A DNA stretch of 32,000 nt from Kineococcus radiotolerans SRS30216 = ATCC BAA-149 (lineage in GTDB: Bacteria > Actinomycetota > Actinomycetes > Actinomycetales > Kineococcaceae). The position numbers and the translations under genes were made by a program. Each line of letters opens with the position of its first letter. Positions within the stretch are counted from its first letter, which is position 1. Shown piece after piece: positions 1 through 8,904 of the stretch. The notes beneath the pieces were generated by a model. The model was not told the DNA's origin, did not search any database, and worked only from the letters and a program-made list of their open reading frames with translations. Location of the stretch: the NCBI RefSeq assembly GCF_000017305.1, contig NC_009664.2, positions 480,001-512,000 on the forward strand, read 5' to 3'.

Positions 1-1
1 C

Positions 2-1573
2 CTGACCGGCGACCAGTGGCGGTTCACCCCAGGCCAGAAGCGGTTCCTGATCCTCTGGTACTGGGTCAACGAGGACGGCCGGTTCGTCTACCGCTCCGGC
101 GTCAAGCGCGGCAGCAAGGGCACCGGCAAGGACCCCTTCGCCGCGGCCTGGCTGCTGGGCGAGCTCGCCGGCCCCGCCCGCCTCCACGACTGGGACGAGC
201 GGACCGGCACCCCGGTGGGTGCCCCGCACGGCATGCCTCTCGTGCAGATCGGCTCCAACAGCGAAGCGCAGTCGAAGGACGTGCTGCGCATCGCCAACGC
301 GCTGCTCTCGCGCGAGGCCCGGGACTACTACGGCATCGACTGCGGCGAGACGCGCACCATCCTGCGCGACTCCGGCGGGCGCCTCGAGGTGCTCACCGCC
401 TCGGAGAAGTCGTCCGAGGGCGACCCGGCCACGGCCATCGCCCTGAACGAGTCACACCACATGACGGAGTCGAACGGCGGCCACAACCTAGCCGACGTGG
501 CCCGCCGCAACGTCGGCAAGTCGCCAGCGTCGGTGCAGGCGCGGATGGTGGAGTTCACCAACGCCCACCGTCAGGGCTACGACTCCGTCGGGGAGCTGTC
601 CTACAAGGCCTGGCAGGCGCAGGCCGCGGGGAAGACCAAGAAGCGCGACATCCTCTACGACTCGATCGAGGCTCCCCCCAGCACAGACCTCTACGACGAC
701 GCGTCCCGCATGGCCGGGCTGCGCGCGGCGTACAGCGACGCGGAGTGGGCGGACATCGAGCGGCTGTCCGATGAGGTGCTGGACCCGCGCACAAGCGTGG
801 CGGACTCGATCCGCTTCTACCTCAACGGCCTCGCCGCCGCAGAGGACGCGTGGATCGACCCCCGGGCGTTCGACGAGTGCGCCAGGCCCAACCTCACAGT
901 CATGCCGGGCGAGCAGATCGCGATGTTCCTGGACTGCTCCAAGTCCTCGGACGCGACCGGCCTGGTCGCCTGTCGCCTCTCCGACGGCCACGTCATCCAG
1001 CTCGGCGTGTGGCAGAAGCCGCACGGCGACCGGGGCAAGACGTGGCTGGCGCCGCGGGAGAAGGTCGACGCCGCGGTGCGCAACGCGTTCGCCACCTACG
1101 AGGTGCTGTGGTTCGGCGTGGACCCCTCCCCGGCGAAGGACGACGAGACCGAGGCCCTCTACTGGGCGTCCTCGATCGACGGCTGGCACCGGGACTTCCG
1201 CGACGACCTCGCGCTGTGGGCCGCGCCCGGCAAGACGGGCGGGAACTCGGTGCGCTTCGACATGCGCCTCTCCGAGGTGGGTGGTGTCGAGCGCAACGCG
1301 GCCTTCACGAAGCAGGCCGAGCGGACCCAGCACGACATCGACACCGACAAGTCGCTGACCCACGACGGGTCGCCGGCCCTGACGGTGCACGTGCAGAACG
1401 CGAAGGCCCGCCCGAACAAGTGGGGCGTCTCGCTGGGAAAGAAGACCCGCGACTCCTCGCACCTGGTGGACCTCGCGGTCTGCATGGTCGGCGCCCGCCT
1501 GGGCCGGCAGTTGGTGCTCGACTCCGGGGCCCTGGCCTCCAAGAAGAAGAAGCGATCCGGACGAGTGTGGTGA
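2..1573 (+). CDS. Terminase large subunit (5' end upstream of window)
   Basis: Frame 2 is open from nt 2 (LTGDQWRFTPGQKRFLILWYWVNEDGRF..KRGSKGTGKD..), so the track start at 215 is internal. About 520 aa are visible. Size, the P-loop-like segment and acidic nuclease-like segments (WFGVDPS) fit a large terminase, and the gene lies directly upstream of the portal gene. Confidence 0.85.
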   Translation: MTGDQWRFTPGQKRFLILWYWVNEDGRFVYRSGVKRGSKGTGKDPFAAAWLLGELAGPARLHDWDERTGTPVGAPHGMPLVQIGSNSEAQSKDVLRIANALLSREARDYYGIDCGETRTILRDSGGRLEVLTASEKSSEGDPATAIALNESHHMTESNGGHNLADVARRNVGKSPASVQARMVEFTNAHRQGYDSVGELSYKAWQAQAAGKTKKRDILYDSIEAPPSTDLYDDASRMAGLRAAYSDAEWADIERLSDEVLDPRTSVADSIRFYLNGLAAAEDAWIDPRAFDECARPNLTVMPGEQIAMFLDCSKSSDATGLVACRLSDGHVIQLGVWQKPHGDRGKTWLAPREKVDAAVRNAFATYEVLWFGVDPSPAKDDETEALYWASSIDGWHRDFRDDLALWAAPGKTGGNSVRFDMRLSEVGGVERNAAFTKQAERTQHDIDTDKSLTHDGSPALTVHVQNAKARPNKWGVSLGKKTRDSSHLVDLAVCMVGARLGRQLVLDSGALASKKKKRSGRVW

Positions 1574-1586
1574 GAAGGAGGCCGGC

Positions 1587-2963
1587 ATGGTGCTCGCCAA
1601 GGCCTCTGTGGTCGAGCTGGTGCACGACGTCCTGTGGCCGGAGTGGGAGCAGCAGCGGCAGCACCTGGACTGGATCGACCGCTGGGCCCGGTGGGTGCCG
1701 GACGAGATTAAGCTGCCCCGCACGGCGACCGCCGAGCACAAGAGGCTCGCCGAGCTGTCCAACACGCCTTGGCTGAGCCTGGTCGTCACGACGACGGCCC
1801 AGTGTCTCGGCGTTGACTCACTGAAGTCCTCCCGCGACATCGGCCGTGACCTGGACCCCCAGGAGCGCGGCCCGTGGCGGACGTGGGTCATGAACCGCTT
1901 CGACCAGCGCCAGAACGCCATTCACCGCGCGGCGCTGACCTACGGCACGGCCTACAACAAGATCATGCCCGGGCAGGACCAGCGCAGCGGCGAACCGATG
2001 GCCGTCATGCGCGGCGTCTCGCCGCGGCGGATGCTGGCCCTGTACCGCGACCCCGCCGAGGACGACTGGGCCGAGTACACGATCGAGGTCGGCTCCAAGG
2101 GCAGCGACGATCTGCGCCTGGTCGAGGTCATGGACGACGAGGCCGTCTACCGCGTGTCCCTGGACGCGAGCACCGGCAAGATCGAGTACATCGACGACTC
2201 CCGGCACGAGGTCGGCGTCGTCCCGGTGGTGCGCTACACCAACATGCTGGACCTCGACGGCCGGTCCTTCGGTGAGGTCGAGCCGTTCATCGTGGTCGCG
2301 GCCCGCGCGAACAAGACCCTCTACGACCGGCTGCTGGTTCAGCACTTCTCGTCGTGGAAGATCCGCACCGTCGCTGGCATGGCCAAGCCGGAGGACGACG
2401 AAGAAGCCGCACGCGCAAAGCTGCAGCTGCGCCAGGACGACCTGCTCGTCGCTGACGACCCGGACACGAAGTTCGGGACGCTGGACGAGACGCCGCTGGG
2501 TGGCTTCCTCGACGCGGAGCGGCAGGACCGCGAGACCCTGTCCGCAGTGTCGCAGACGCCTTCCTACGCGTTCGGGCCGCTCATCAACCTCTCGGCAGAC
2601 GCGATCTCCGCGGCCAAGGCCGGGCAGACGCAGAAGGTCGCCGAGCGGCAGAAGTCGTTCGGCTCTTCCCACGTCCAGTCCGCGCGTCTGGCGGCGGCCG
2701 AGGAGGGCGACGAGGACATCGCCCGCGATGTGCAGCTGCGCGTCGGGTGGCAGGACCTGGAGATCCGGTCGATCTCCCAGGCCGTCGACGCCCTCGGCAA
2801 GGCCGCGCAGATGCTGCAGGTCCCGCCGCAGGCGCTGTGGTCGCGCATCCCGGGCGTGGAGAAGTCGGACGTGGACGAGTGGGCAGCGATGTCCCGCTCG
2901 AGCGACCCGACGACGTCGATGATGGACAAGCTCGAGCGGCAGTTCGGGCTCGGGGACGAGTAG
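1587..2963 (+). CDS. Portal protein
   Basis: 458 aa. A strong SD (GAAGGAGG) lies 6 nt upstream of the ATG. Its position between terminase and head-morphogenesis genes and its size are typical of siphovirus portals. Confidence 0.8.
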   Translation: MVLAKASVVELVHDVLWPEWEQQRQHLDWIDRWARWVPDEIKLPRTATAEHKRLAELSNTPWLSLVVTTTAQCLGVDSLKSSRDIGRDLDPQERGPWRTWVMNRFDQRQNAIHRAALTYGTAYNKIMPGQDQRSGEPMAVMRGVSPRRMLALYRDPAEDDWAEYTIEVGSKGSDDLRLVEVMDDEAVYRVSLDASTGKIEYIDDSRHEVGVVPVVRYTNMLDLDGRSFGEVEPFIVVAARANKTLYDRLLVQHFSSWKIRTVAGMAKPEDDEEAARAKLQLRQDDLLVADDPDTKFGTLDETPLGGFLDAERQDRETLSAVSQTPSYAFGPLINLSADAISAAKAGQTQKVAERQKSFGSSHVQSARLAAAEEGDEDIARDVQLRVGWQDLEIRSISQAVDALGKAAQMLQVPPQALWSRIPGVEKSDVDEWAAMSRSSDPTTSMMDKLERQFGLGDE

Positions 2964-3932
2964 GTGGCGGTCAGCGAGGAGGGCCAGGAGCTGACCGAGC
3001 AGCACCGGCTGCAGCAGGTCGCGATCGGCGCCCTGGTGGCCCTGGAGGTCGCGCAGTCCATGCGGCTGCTGGACCCGCTGCGGCTGCCGGGGACGGCGGA
3101 TGGGTGGGTGCGGGCCGTGGCCCGGCTCATCACGGCCCGTCGGCGCCAGTCGTGGCGGGCCGCGGTGCGCTACTACGAGGCGTTCCGTGCCGCCGAGCTG
3201 GACGCCCTGGCCGACATCGACATCGACCCCGGCGAACGGCCGCGGCCTCGCCGCCCGGCCACAGCCGCCGACGAGGACCTGCCCGAGTTCCTGCGCGACG
3301 ACGTGGACGACGTCCTGGAGACGCCGTCGACGGGGTCACTGTGGCGGCCTCCTGCGGAGCCGGACTGGGCCGCGCGTGAGCAGGCCATGGTGACGTCGCT
3401 GATGGTGACCGGGCCCGTGGGTGTGCGGCGGCGCATCGAGCGCGGGGAGGAAGCCCCCCGCGCCCTGGAGGTCGCCGGGGTCGAGGTCGCCGGCGCTGCG
3501 TCCCGCCAGACCCTCTATGGGGGACGGAAGGCGATGCTGGAGCTGGTCCGCGAAGACCGAGCCGCGCTGGGCTATATCCGGGTGACGGACTTCCAGCCCT
3601 GCTACTTCTGCGCGATGCTCGCCTCCCGCGGGCCGGTCTACAAGAGCGACTCCTTCGCGGAGTCCGACCCCCGCTTCGAGGGCGCCGGCAAGCAAAAGGT
3701 CCACGACCACTGCGGCTGCACCATCGAGTCCGTCTACTCCGTCCGCACGGGTTGGCCCGGCCGCGGCAAGGACTACCAGGACCTCTGGTACGAGGCGACG
3801 ACCCCCCGCACCAGTCCCGAGCAGATGCGCCGGGACTTCCGCCGCGCCTATGAGGCGCAGATCCGTGACCTGCTGAAGCAGCAGCGTGACGGAACCACGA
3901 ACTCGCCGGCCCCGGAGGCCGACGTGGCTTGA
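2964..3932 (+). CDS. Head morphogenesis protein (MuF-like minor capsid protein, or capsid maturation factor) with a Cys/His cluster
   Basis: 322 aa. The GTG start directly follows the portal stop. It occupies the slot between portal and scaffold. The C-terminal half has the motif CYFCAML...HDHCGCT. The function is inferred from synteny only. Confidence 0.5.
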   Translation: MAVSEEGQELTEQHRLQQVAIGALVALEVAQSMRLLDPLRLPGTADGWVRAVARLITARRRQSWRAAVRYYEAFRAAELDALADIDIDPGERPRPRRPATAADEDLPEFLRDDVDDVLETPSTGSLWRPPAEPDWAAREQAMVTSLMVTGPVGVRRRIERGEEAPRALEVAGVEVAGAASRQTLYGGRKAMLELVREDRAALGYIRVTDFQPCYFCAMLASRGPVYKSDSFAESDPRFEGAGKQKVHDHCGCTIESVYSVRTGWPGRGKDYQDLWYEATTPRTSPEQMRRDFRRAYEAQIRDLLKQQRDGTTNSPAPEADVA

Positions 3933-3960
3933 CCACCAACAAGGCCCTGGAGGCCGCAGC

Positions 3961-4521
3961 ATGGCTGACGCACCTGACGACGTGAACCCCGACGACGAGG
4001 CCCCGGAGGCCGACGGCGGCGGCGACAAGCAGCGCGAGCCGTTCGACGAGGCCCGCGCCCGTGAGGCGCTCAACAAGAAGAACCGCGAGGCCCAGCAGCT
4101 GCGCGAGCGACTGAAGGAGCTGGAACCCCTCGCGCAGAAGGCCCGGGAGCTCGAGGAGGCCGGCAAGTCGGACCTCGAGAAGCTCAGCGGTGAGCGCGAC
4201 TCATTCCGCGACCGGGCATCCTCTGCCGAGCAGCGGCTGAGCCGCCTCGACGTGGCCCTGGAGGCCGCGCCGGAAGGCATCTCCGTAACGCTGCTGAGGC
4301 AGGTCGCCAAGCGCATCTCCGGCGGCACGGCCGAGGAGATGCAGGCGGACGCCGAGGAGCTGTTCGCTCTGCTCGCTCCGGCCAGCGCTCCGGATCGACC
4401 GGCGGACGTGGTCCCCGGCCGACCGAAGGAGCGTCTGCGTGGCGGCTCCGACCCCGAGGACGAGCCCGACGAGATGGACCCCGCCAAGCTCGCGGCGAAG
4501 ATCCGCTCGGCTCGCAACTGA
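3961..4521 (+). CDS. Capsid scaffolding protein
   Basis: The ATG at 3961 has GGAGG 7 nt upstream; the track start at 3886 is unlikely. The protein is acidic and helical/coiled-coil (..REAQQLRERLKELEPLAQKARELEEAGKSDLEKL..) and sits immediately upstream of the major capsid gene. Confidence 0.7.
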   Translation: MADAPDDVNPDDEAPEADGGGDKQREPFDEARAREALNKKNREAQQLRERLKELEPLAQKARELEEAGKSDLEKLSGERDSFRDRASSAEQRLSRLDVALEAAPEGISVTLLRQVAKRISGGTAEEMQADAEELFALLAPASAPDRPADVVPGRPKERLRGGSDPEDEPDEMDPAKLAAKIRSARN

Positions 4522-4590
4522 ACCACCCTGCACGGCCTCGCCACGGTGGCCGTCAGCGGACCCATCTGACATCTCCTGAGGAGGACCACT

Positions 4591-5520
4591 GTGGCCAACA
4601 ACTTCCTGAAGGGCCGCCAGATCGTCAACGCGGCTCTGGGCCTGGCCCGGGACGAGGTCACCATCTCGTCCCTGGTGTGGCGCGACGGGCTCGGCGACTT
4701 CGCTGGCCAGGCCGGCGACACCATCACCGTCCGGATCCCGGCGACGACCCGGGCCCGCACCCGCGCCCTGCGCGGCGCCCGCCCGACGGCGTCGGAGGGC
4801 AACGGCATCATCACGATGGACGAGCTGTCCGAGAACAGCTTCGACGTCACCCTCGACACGGACGTGTACAACGCGATCCCGGTCACCGACGAGGAGCTGA
4901 CGCTCGACATCACCGACTTCGGTGCGCAGATCCTGCAGCCGCAGGTCGCGGCCGTCGTCGAGGGCGTCGAGGACATGATCGTCGCCGAGATGGTGGGCGC
5001 GACCTACACCGAGACCCTGACGCTGAACACGGCCAACCCGTACAACACGGCCGTCGACGCCAACACCGCGCTGAACAGCCGGAAGATCCCCCGCGCCGAC
5101 CGTTGCATCGTGCTCGGCGCGGAGCTCGAGGGCTACTTCCTGAAGAGCGACAAGCTCTCCAACGCCCACCAGTCCGGGTCCACGGAGACGCTGCGCGCGG
5201 CGAACATCGGGACCCTGTCGGGCTTCCCCGTCTACGTGTCCAACGCCATCCCCGCCGACGTCGGGTTCGCGTTCCACCGCACGGCGTTCATCTCCGCGAC
5301 CCGCGCGCCCGCGGTGCCGTCCGGTGCGACGTTCGGCGCCTCGCAGAGCTACGGCGGCCTCGCGCTGCGGTGGCTGCGTGACTACGACTTCCGCAACGTC
5401 CAGGACCGCTCCCTGGTGGACGTCTTCGCCGGGACCTCGACGGTCCTGGACGACACCAACGGCGACGGGACGCGCGACGCCCTGATCCGTGCGATCAAGA
5501 TCGTCCTCCCCGCCGGCTGA
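4591..5520 (+). CDS. Major capsid protein
   Basis: 309 aa. GTG start with the SD GAGGAGGA upstream. It follows the scaffold gene, and its size and composition are typical of HK97-fold capsid proteins of actinophages. Confidence 0.8.
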   Translation: MANNFLKGRQIVNAALGLARDEVTISSLVWRDGLGDFAGQAGDTITVRIPATTRARTRALRGARPTASEGNGIITMDELSENSFDVTLDTDVYNAIPVTDEELTLDITDFGAQILQPQVAAVVEGVEDMIVAEMVGATYTETLTLNTANPYNTAVDANTALNSRKIPRADRCIVLGAELEGYFLKSDKLSNAHQSGSTETLRAANIGTLSGFPVYVSNAIPADVGFAFHRTAFISATRAPAVPSGATFGASQSYGGLALRWLRDYDFRNVQDRSLVDVFAGTSTVLDDTNGDGTRDALIRAIKIVLPAG

Positions 5521-5550
5521 TCCTAACCTCCTGAAGGGAGGGGAACCCTG

Positions 5551-6009
5551 ATGGCCTACCCGCTCGTGCTCCTCGAGGAGCTGAAGACGCGCCTGGGTCT
5601 GGAGGAGTTCCCCTCCCCGACTGAGGCGGAACGCGCACAGGCGGCACTGGACGACGCCATAGGCCTGGTCCTCGACGAGACCAAGCGCACCTTCCGCGAC
5701 GCGCAGGGAAAGCCGGACGTGCCCTCGACCGTGTCCACGGTCATCTTCGCCTCGGCCAAGCGCTCGTACCAGAACCCGACCGGCATCACGTCGGAGACGG
5801 TGGGCCCGTTCGCCTACCGCTACGGCGCCACGGGCGCCTTCCTCACCGAGGACGAGAAGAAGGCTCTGTCCCGCTACGGTCCTACGCGGTCGGCGGGCGG
5901 GCTCTGGAGTCTGGGCACCACCCGCGGCGAGGACTTCAGCGACACGCTGTGGGTCAACGACCAGTTCGGCGGCGACCCGATCCCCTGGCAGACCCGGGAG
6001 GGCCGGTGA
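5551..6009 (+). CDS. Head-tail connector (adaptor) protein
   Basis: 152 aa. It is the first gene after the capsid gene. The N-terminus LEELKTRLGLEE..AERAQAALDDAIGLV is typical of gp6-like head-tail connector proteins. Confidence 0.6.
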   Translation: MAYPLVLLEELKTRLGLEEFPSPTEAERAQAALDDAIGLVLDETKRTFRDAQGKPDVPSTVSTVIFASAKRSYQNPTGITSETVGPFAYRYGATGAFLTEDEKKALSRYGPTRSAGGLWSLGTTRGEDFSDTLWVNDQFGGDPIPWQTREGR

Positions 6010-6326
6010 TCGGCCAGCACGCACTGACCGTGCGCGTCCTGCGCCCCATCACCCGGGACAATGACGGCGACGAGACGCCCGGCGACGAGCACGACGAGCC
6101 GGGCTGCATCTTCGCCCCTGCGACGCTGGGCGGGGCCGACACCGAGCCCGGCGACTTCGCCAACACGGTGATCTCCGGCGGGATGCTCTTCTGCCCCGGC
6201 CGCACCCTCGACGTCAATCCCAGCGACCGGGTCGTGGTGCGCGGCCTCGTCTACGACGTGCAGGGCGAGCTCGGCGACTGGGGCCCCGCAGGCTCCCAGG
6301 TCGCCCTGCGCCGGACGGTGGGCTGA
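6006..6326 (+). CDS. Head closure / head-tail joining protein
   Basis: The GTG at 6006 overlaps the upstream stop (GTGA), with GGGAGGG just upstream. 106 aa. Called by position in the connector block. Confidence 0.5.
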   Translation: MIGQHALTVRVLRPITRDNDGDETPGDEHDEPGCIFAPATLGGADTEPGDFANTVISGGMLFCPGRTLDVNPSDRVVVRGLVYDVQGELGDWGPAGSQVALRRTVG

Positions 6327-6679
6327 TGGTCCGTCTCGGCAACTACGAACCCGACGAGGCGGCCTGGGACCGGATCGTCGTCTCCCAGAGCGTCCTCGAC
6401 GCCTGCATGGCTGAGGCGACGCGCGGCATGGCCTACGCCGAGTCCATCTCCCCCCAGCGCACGGGCGACTACCGGTCCCACTTCAAGGTGGAGGCCAGCA
6501 CCGTCACCCTGCCCGCCTACGGGGTGCGCGCCGCGGCCGAGCTGTCCAACGACTCCGACCATGCCGTCCCGCTGGAGTTCGGGACCCAGCCGAGCATCTC
6601 CGCGGGGTCCTACCGGCCCGGCATGCGGGCCCAGCGCATCCTCGGCGAGACGGCCGCGTTCCTGGGTGGCTCACCGTGA
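6326..6679 (+). CDS. Neck / tail-completion protein (HK97 gp10-like position)
   Basis: 117 aa. The ATG shares one nt with the upstream TGA (TGATG). Called by synteny. Confidence 0.5.
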   Translation: MVRLGNYEPDEAAWDRIVVSQSVLDACMAEATRGMAYAESISPQRTGDYRSHFKVEASTVTLPAYGVRAAAELSNDSDHAVPLEFGTQPSISAGSYRPGMRAQRILGETAAFLGGSP

Positions 6680-7071
6680 GCTACCCCGACATCGACCAGG
6701 CACTGAAGCACCTGCTGGCGCCTCTCGTCGGTGGCCTCGAGCACATCGGCACCGAGACACCATCCGAGCTGCAGCAGCGGCTGCCCTACATCCGCGTCGG
6801 CCGCATCGGCGGGCCCCGCACAGCCCTCGAAGACGCCCCCGTCGTGGAGATCGACTACTTCACCGCGACCCGCGCCGGGTCGGTGAAGGGAGCCGGCGAA
6901 GTCAGCGACCTGCTGCTCGGCTCGCCGTATCACTTCATCCGCATGCCTGACGGGGCGAGTGCACTGCTGGAGAACCCGCAACAGCCCGTGGGCCCTCGTG
7001 AGCTGCCCTGGCCAGCGACCGGCGTCCGCCGCTTCTCCGGCACGTACCGCTTCGTCACGCGCAGCTCCTGA
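6676..7071 (+). CDS. Tail terminator-like protein
   Basis: 131 aa. GTGA overlap with the upstream gene. It is the last small gene before the major tail protein. Confidence 0.5.
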   Translation: MSYPDIDQALKHLLAPLVGGLEHIGTETPSELQQRLPYIRVGRIGGPRTALEDAPVVEIDYFTATRAGSVKGAGEVSDLLLGSPYHFIRMPDGASALLENPQQPVGPRELPWPATGVRRFSGTYRFVTRSS

Positions 7072-7131
7072 CACGCCCTCGCCCCTCCGTGGGGCACCAC
7101 ACCACGCTGTCCTCACACAGGAGGCTCCCCC

Positions 7132-7794
7132 ATGCCCAACTTCGGTGCCATCACGAAGTTCAACACCCGTCTGGTCCGCAAGACCCTCACCGGCGGCCTC
7201 TGGATCGCCGACGAGGACGCCACCGTCCTAACCCGGTCGAACCTGCTCGGCGCGGACGGCACCTTCGCCACCCTCCCGCTCGACTACAAGTTCAGCGGCC
7301 TGACCACCACGGACGGTCTCCGCGCCGCACGGGCCCAGGAGCAGGAGGACATTTCTTCCTGGCAGTTGCGAGAGCCGGTGCGGTCGGAGCTGACCACCGA
7401 CACCGAGACGGTGCAGGTCGACTTCATGGAGACCTCCAAGACCACCATCGAGCTCTACACCGGCGCCGACCTCTCGAACGTCACCTACGTCAACGGCGCG
7501 TTCGAGATCCCCAAGCCCGAACTGCCGCCGTCGCGCTACTACCGCGTGCTGCGCGTGGCGATCGACCTCGTCGACGGGGAGGAGTACTACTTCATCAACT
7601 TCTACCCGCGCATGAAGGTCACCAACTTCGCCGACCAGGCCGACACCCGCGAGGGCGCCCTGCAGTGGGGCGTCACGCTCACCGCCTACAACGACGGCGA
7701 CGTCGGCTACTCCAAGAACCACATGCAGGGTGGTCCCGGCTTCGCGCTCGTCGCGGAGGACATGGGCCTGCCGGCCGTCACGGTCGCTCCCTGA
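7132..7794 (+). CDS. Major tail (tube) protein
   Basis: 220 aa. The SD AGGAGG lies upstream. It sits between the connector genes and the chaperone/tape-measure pair and is followed by a strong hairpin. Confidence 0.75.
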   Translation: MPNFGAITKFNTRLVRKTLTGGLWIADEDATVLTRSNLLGADGTFATLPLDYKFSGLTTTDGLRAARAQEQEDISSWQLREPVRSELTTDTETVQVDFMETSKTTIELYTGADLSNVTYVNGAFEIPKPELPPSRYYRVLRVAIDLVDGEEYYFINFYPRMKVTNFADQADTREGALQWGVTLTAYNDGDVGYSKNHMQGGPGFALVAEDMGLPAVTVAP

Positions 7795-7798
7795 TGAC

Positions 7799-7843
7799 GA
7801 CTGGCGGCGGATTGCTCAGGGGTGGGCCGATCCGCCGCCAGTC
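7799..7843 (+). promoter_or_regulatory. Perfect 14-bp-stem hairpin just downstream of the major tail protein gene (attenuator or mRNA-stabilising element)
   Basis: GACTGGCGGCGGAT (7799-7812) pairs perfectly with ATCCGCCGCCAGTC (7830-7843) around a 17-nt loop. It begins 5 nt after the TGA at 7792-7794. No U-tract follows. Confidence 0.6.
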
Positions 7844-7877
7844 CTCGTCCGCCCACCCCACCGCCGAGGAGGCAGTC

Positions 7878-8090
7878 ATGCACGGCACGTTCACCAAGGA
7901 CGGCGTCACCAAGGTGGCGCAGGACCCCGCACACCGCACCCTGCTGATCTTCACCGGCTGGGGCGAAGTGGACCCCGCGACCTTGAAGGGCGCGTCCCTC
8001 GCCGCAGCTGTCGAAGCCGCCGGCGTGCCCAACGAGGGCACCGCCGACGACAAGCGCGTCGCCCTGCGCAAGGCCACCCAGCCGTCCTGA
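7878..8090 (+). CDS. Small hypothetical protein (70 aa) between major tail protein and chaperones
   Basis: The ATG at 7878 is preceded by GAGGAGG at a 5-nt spacing. This is the only credible part of track ORF 7089-8090. The C-terminus (LKGASLAAAVEAAGVPNEGTADDKRVALRKA) resembles SAP/HeH (Rho_N-like) helix-extension-helix motifs. Confidence 0.55.
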   Translation: MHGTFTKDGVTKVAQDPAHRTLLIFTGWGEVDPATLKGASLAAAVEAAGVPNEGTADDKRVALRKATQPS

Positions 8091-8130
8091 GCGGCCTCAG
8101 CCCACCCCACCCACTCGAGGAGCCCACCCC

Positions 8131-8457
8131 ATGCCTGACTTCACCATCGACGACTTCGAGATCGAGCGTCCCGACGACGAGTTCGCCTACACCGCCAAGA
8201 GCGGTCGGCGGTACGTCTTCGCGGACCCGAAGGCGCTGAAGGGTCGCGACCTGCTGCGCCTGAACTTCCAGGACCCCGAAGAGACGCTGCTGATTCTCCT
8301 GGGCGACGACTACGACGAGTTCATGGACGAGGACGAGGTCGACGGCTACCTCATCGACCCGCTCATGGAGCGGTGGGCCAAGCAGTACAAGCTGCCCGTG
8401 GACATGGGGAAAGGGCGCGGCTCGCGCAGGCCCTCGGCCGGTTCGGGCAAGCGCTGA
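8131..8457 (+). CDS. Tail assembly chaperone (gpG analogue)
   Basis: 108 aa, acidic, with the SD GAGGAG. It lies immediately upstream of the tape measure, and a -1 frame stays open beyond its stop. Confidence 0.75.
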   Translation: MPDFTIDDFEIERPDDEFAYTAKSGRRYVFADPKALKGRDLLRLNFQDPEETLLILLGDDYDEFMDEDEVDGYLIDPLMERWAKQYKLPVDMGKGRGSRRPSAGSGKR

Positions 8458-8885
8458 AGGCTGACTTCGCCCATTGGTACCCGGGCAAGGACGTCGGTGA
8501 GATGTGGCGGGCCCGGCACTGGACGGACCTGCTGGACCTCATCGACGGCCTGCCGCGGCACTCCCTCTACATGGAGGCCGTGGCTGGGGACGAGGACCTG
8601 GCTCGTGAGTGGCTGGAGCTGGAACTGGCCGGCGAGGTCGAGGAGGCCAAGCCGACCATCCGGATCTCCGAGTGGTCCCCGGAGCGTGAAGCCGAGGCGC
8701 AGATCATCGACGCGCTGAACCGGGTGTACGTGGCCACCGTCGGCGTCGCCACGGGCAAGCCGCCGAAGGTCGAGCCCGCGTTGCGGCCGGTCACCGCGCT
8801 GCAGGAACTGCGCCGGGAAGCGGACATGAAGGTCGTCTTCGACTTCGCCGCGCGGGTGACGCCGAGCATGCAGCAGAACAACTAA
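8131..8885 (+). CDS. Tail assembly chaperone, -1 frameshift fusion product (gpG-T analogue)
   Basis: The -1 frame is open from 8139 to 8885 and has no independent SD-linked start. It encodes ..WRARHWTDLLDLIDGLPRHSLYMEAV.., typical of T extensions. The candidate slip site is the G GGG AAA G run at 8406-8413. Confidence 0.6.
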
Positions 8886-8904
8886 ACGAAGGAGGGCCAG
8901 CCCT

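Noticed and set aside
5521-5550. A small hairpin, CCTCC-tgaag-GGAGG, between the capsid and connector genes.
   Set aside because: The stem is only 5 bp, and the 3' arm is simply the SD of the next gene. It is too weak to call a regulatory element.
7089-8090. The 333-aa ORF spanning the major tail protein region.
   Set aside because: Its first ~260 codons are an alternative frame of the major tail gene and are Arg/Pro/His-rich. Only the last 70 codons, from the SD-linked ATG at 7878, look real.
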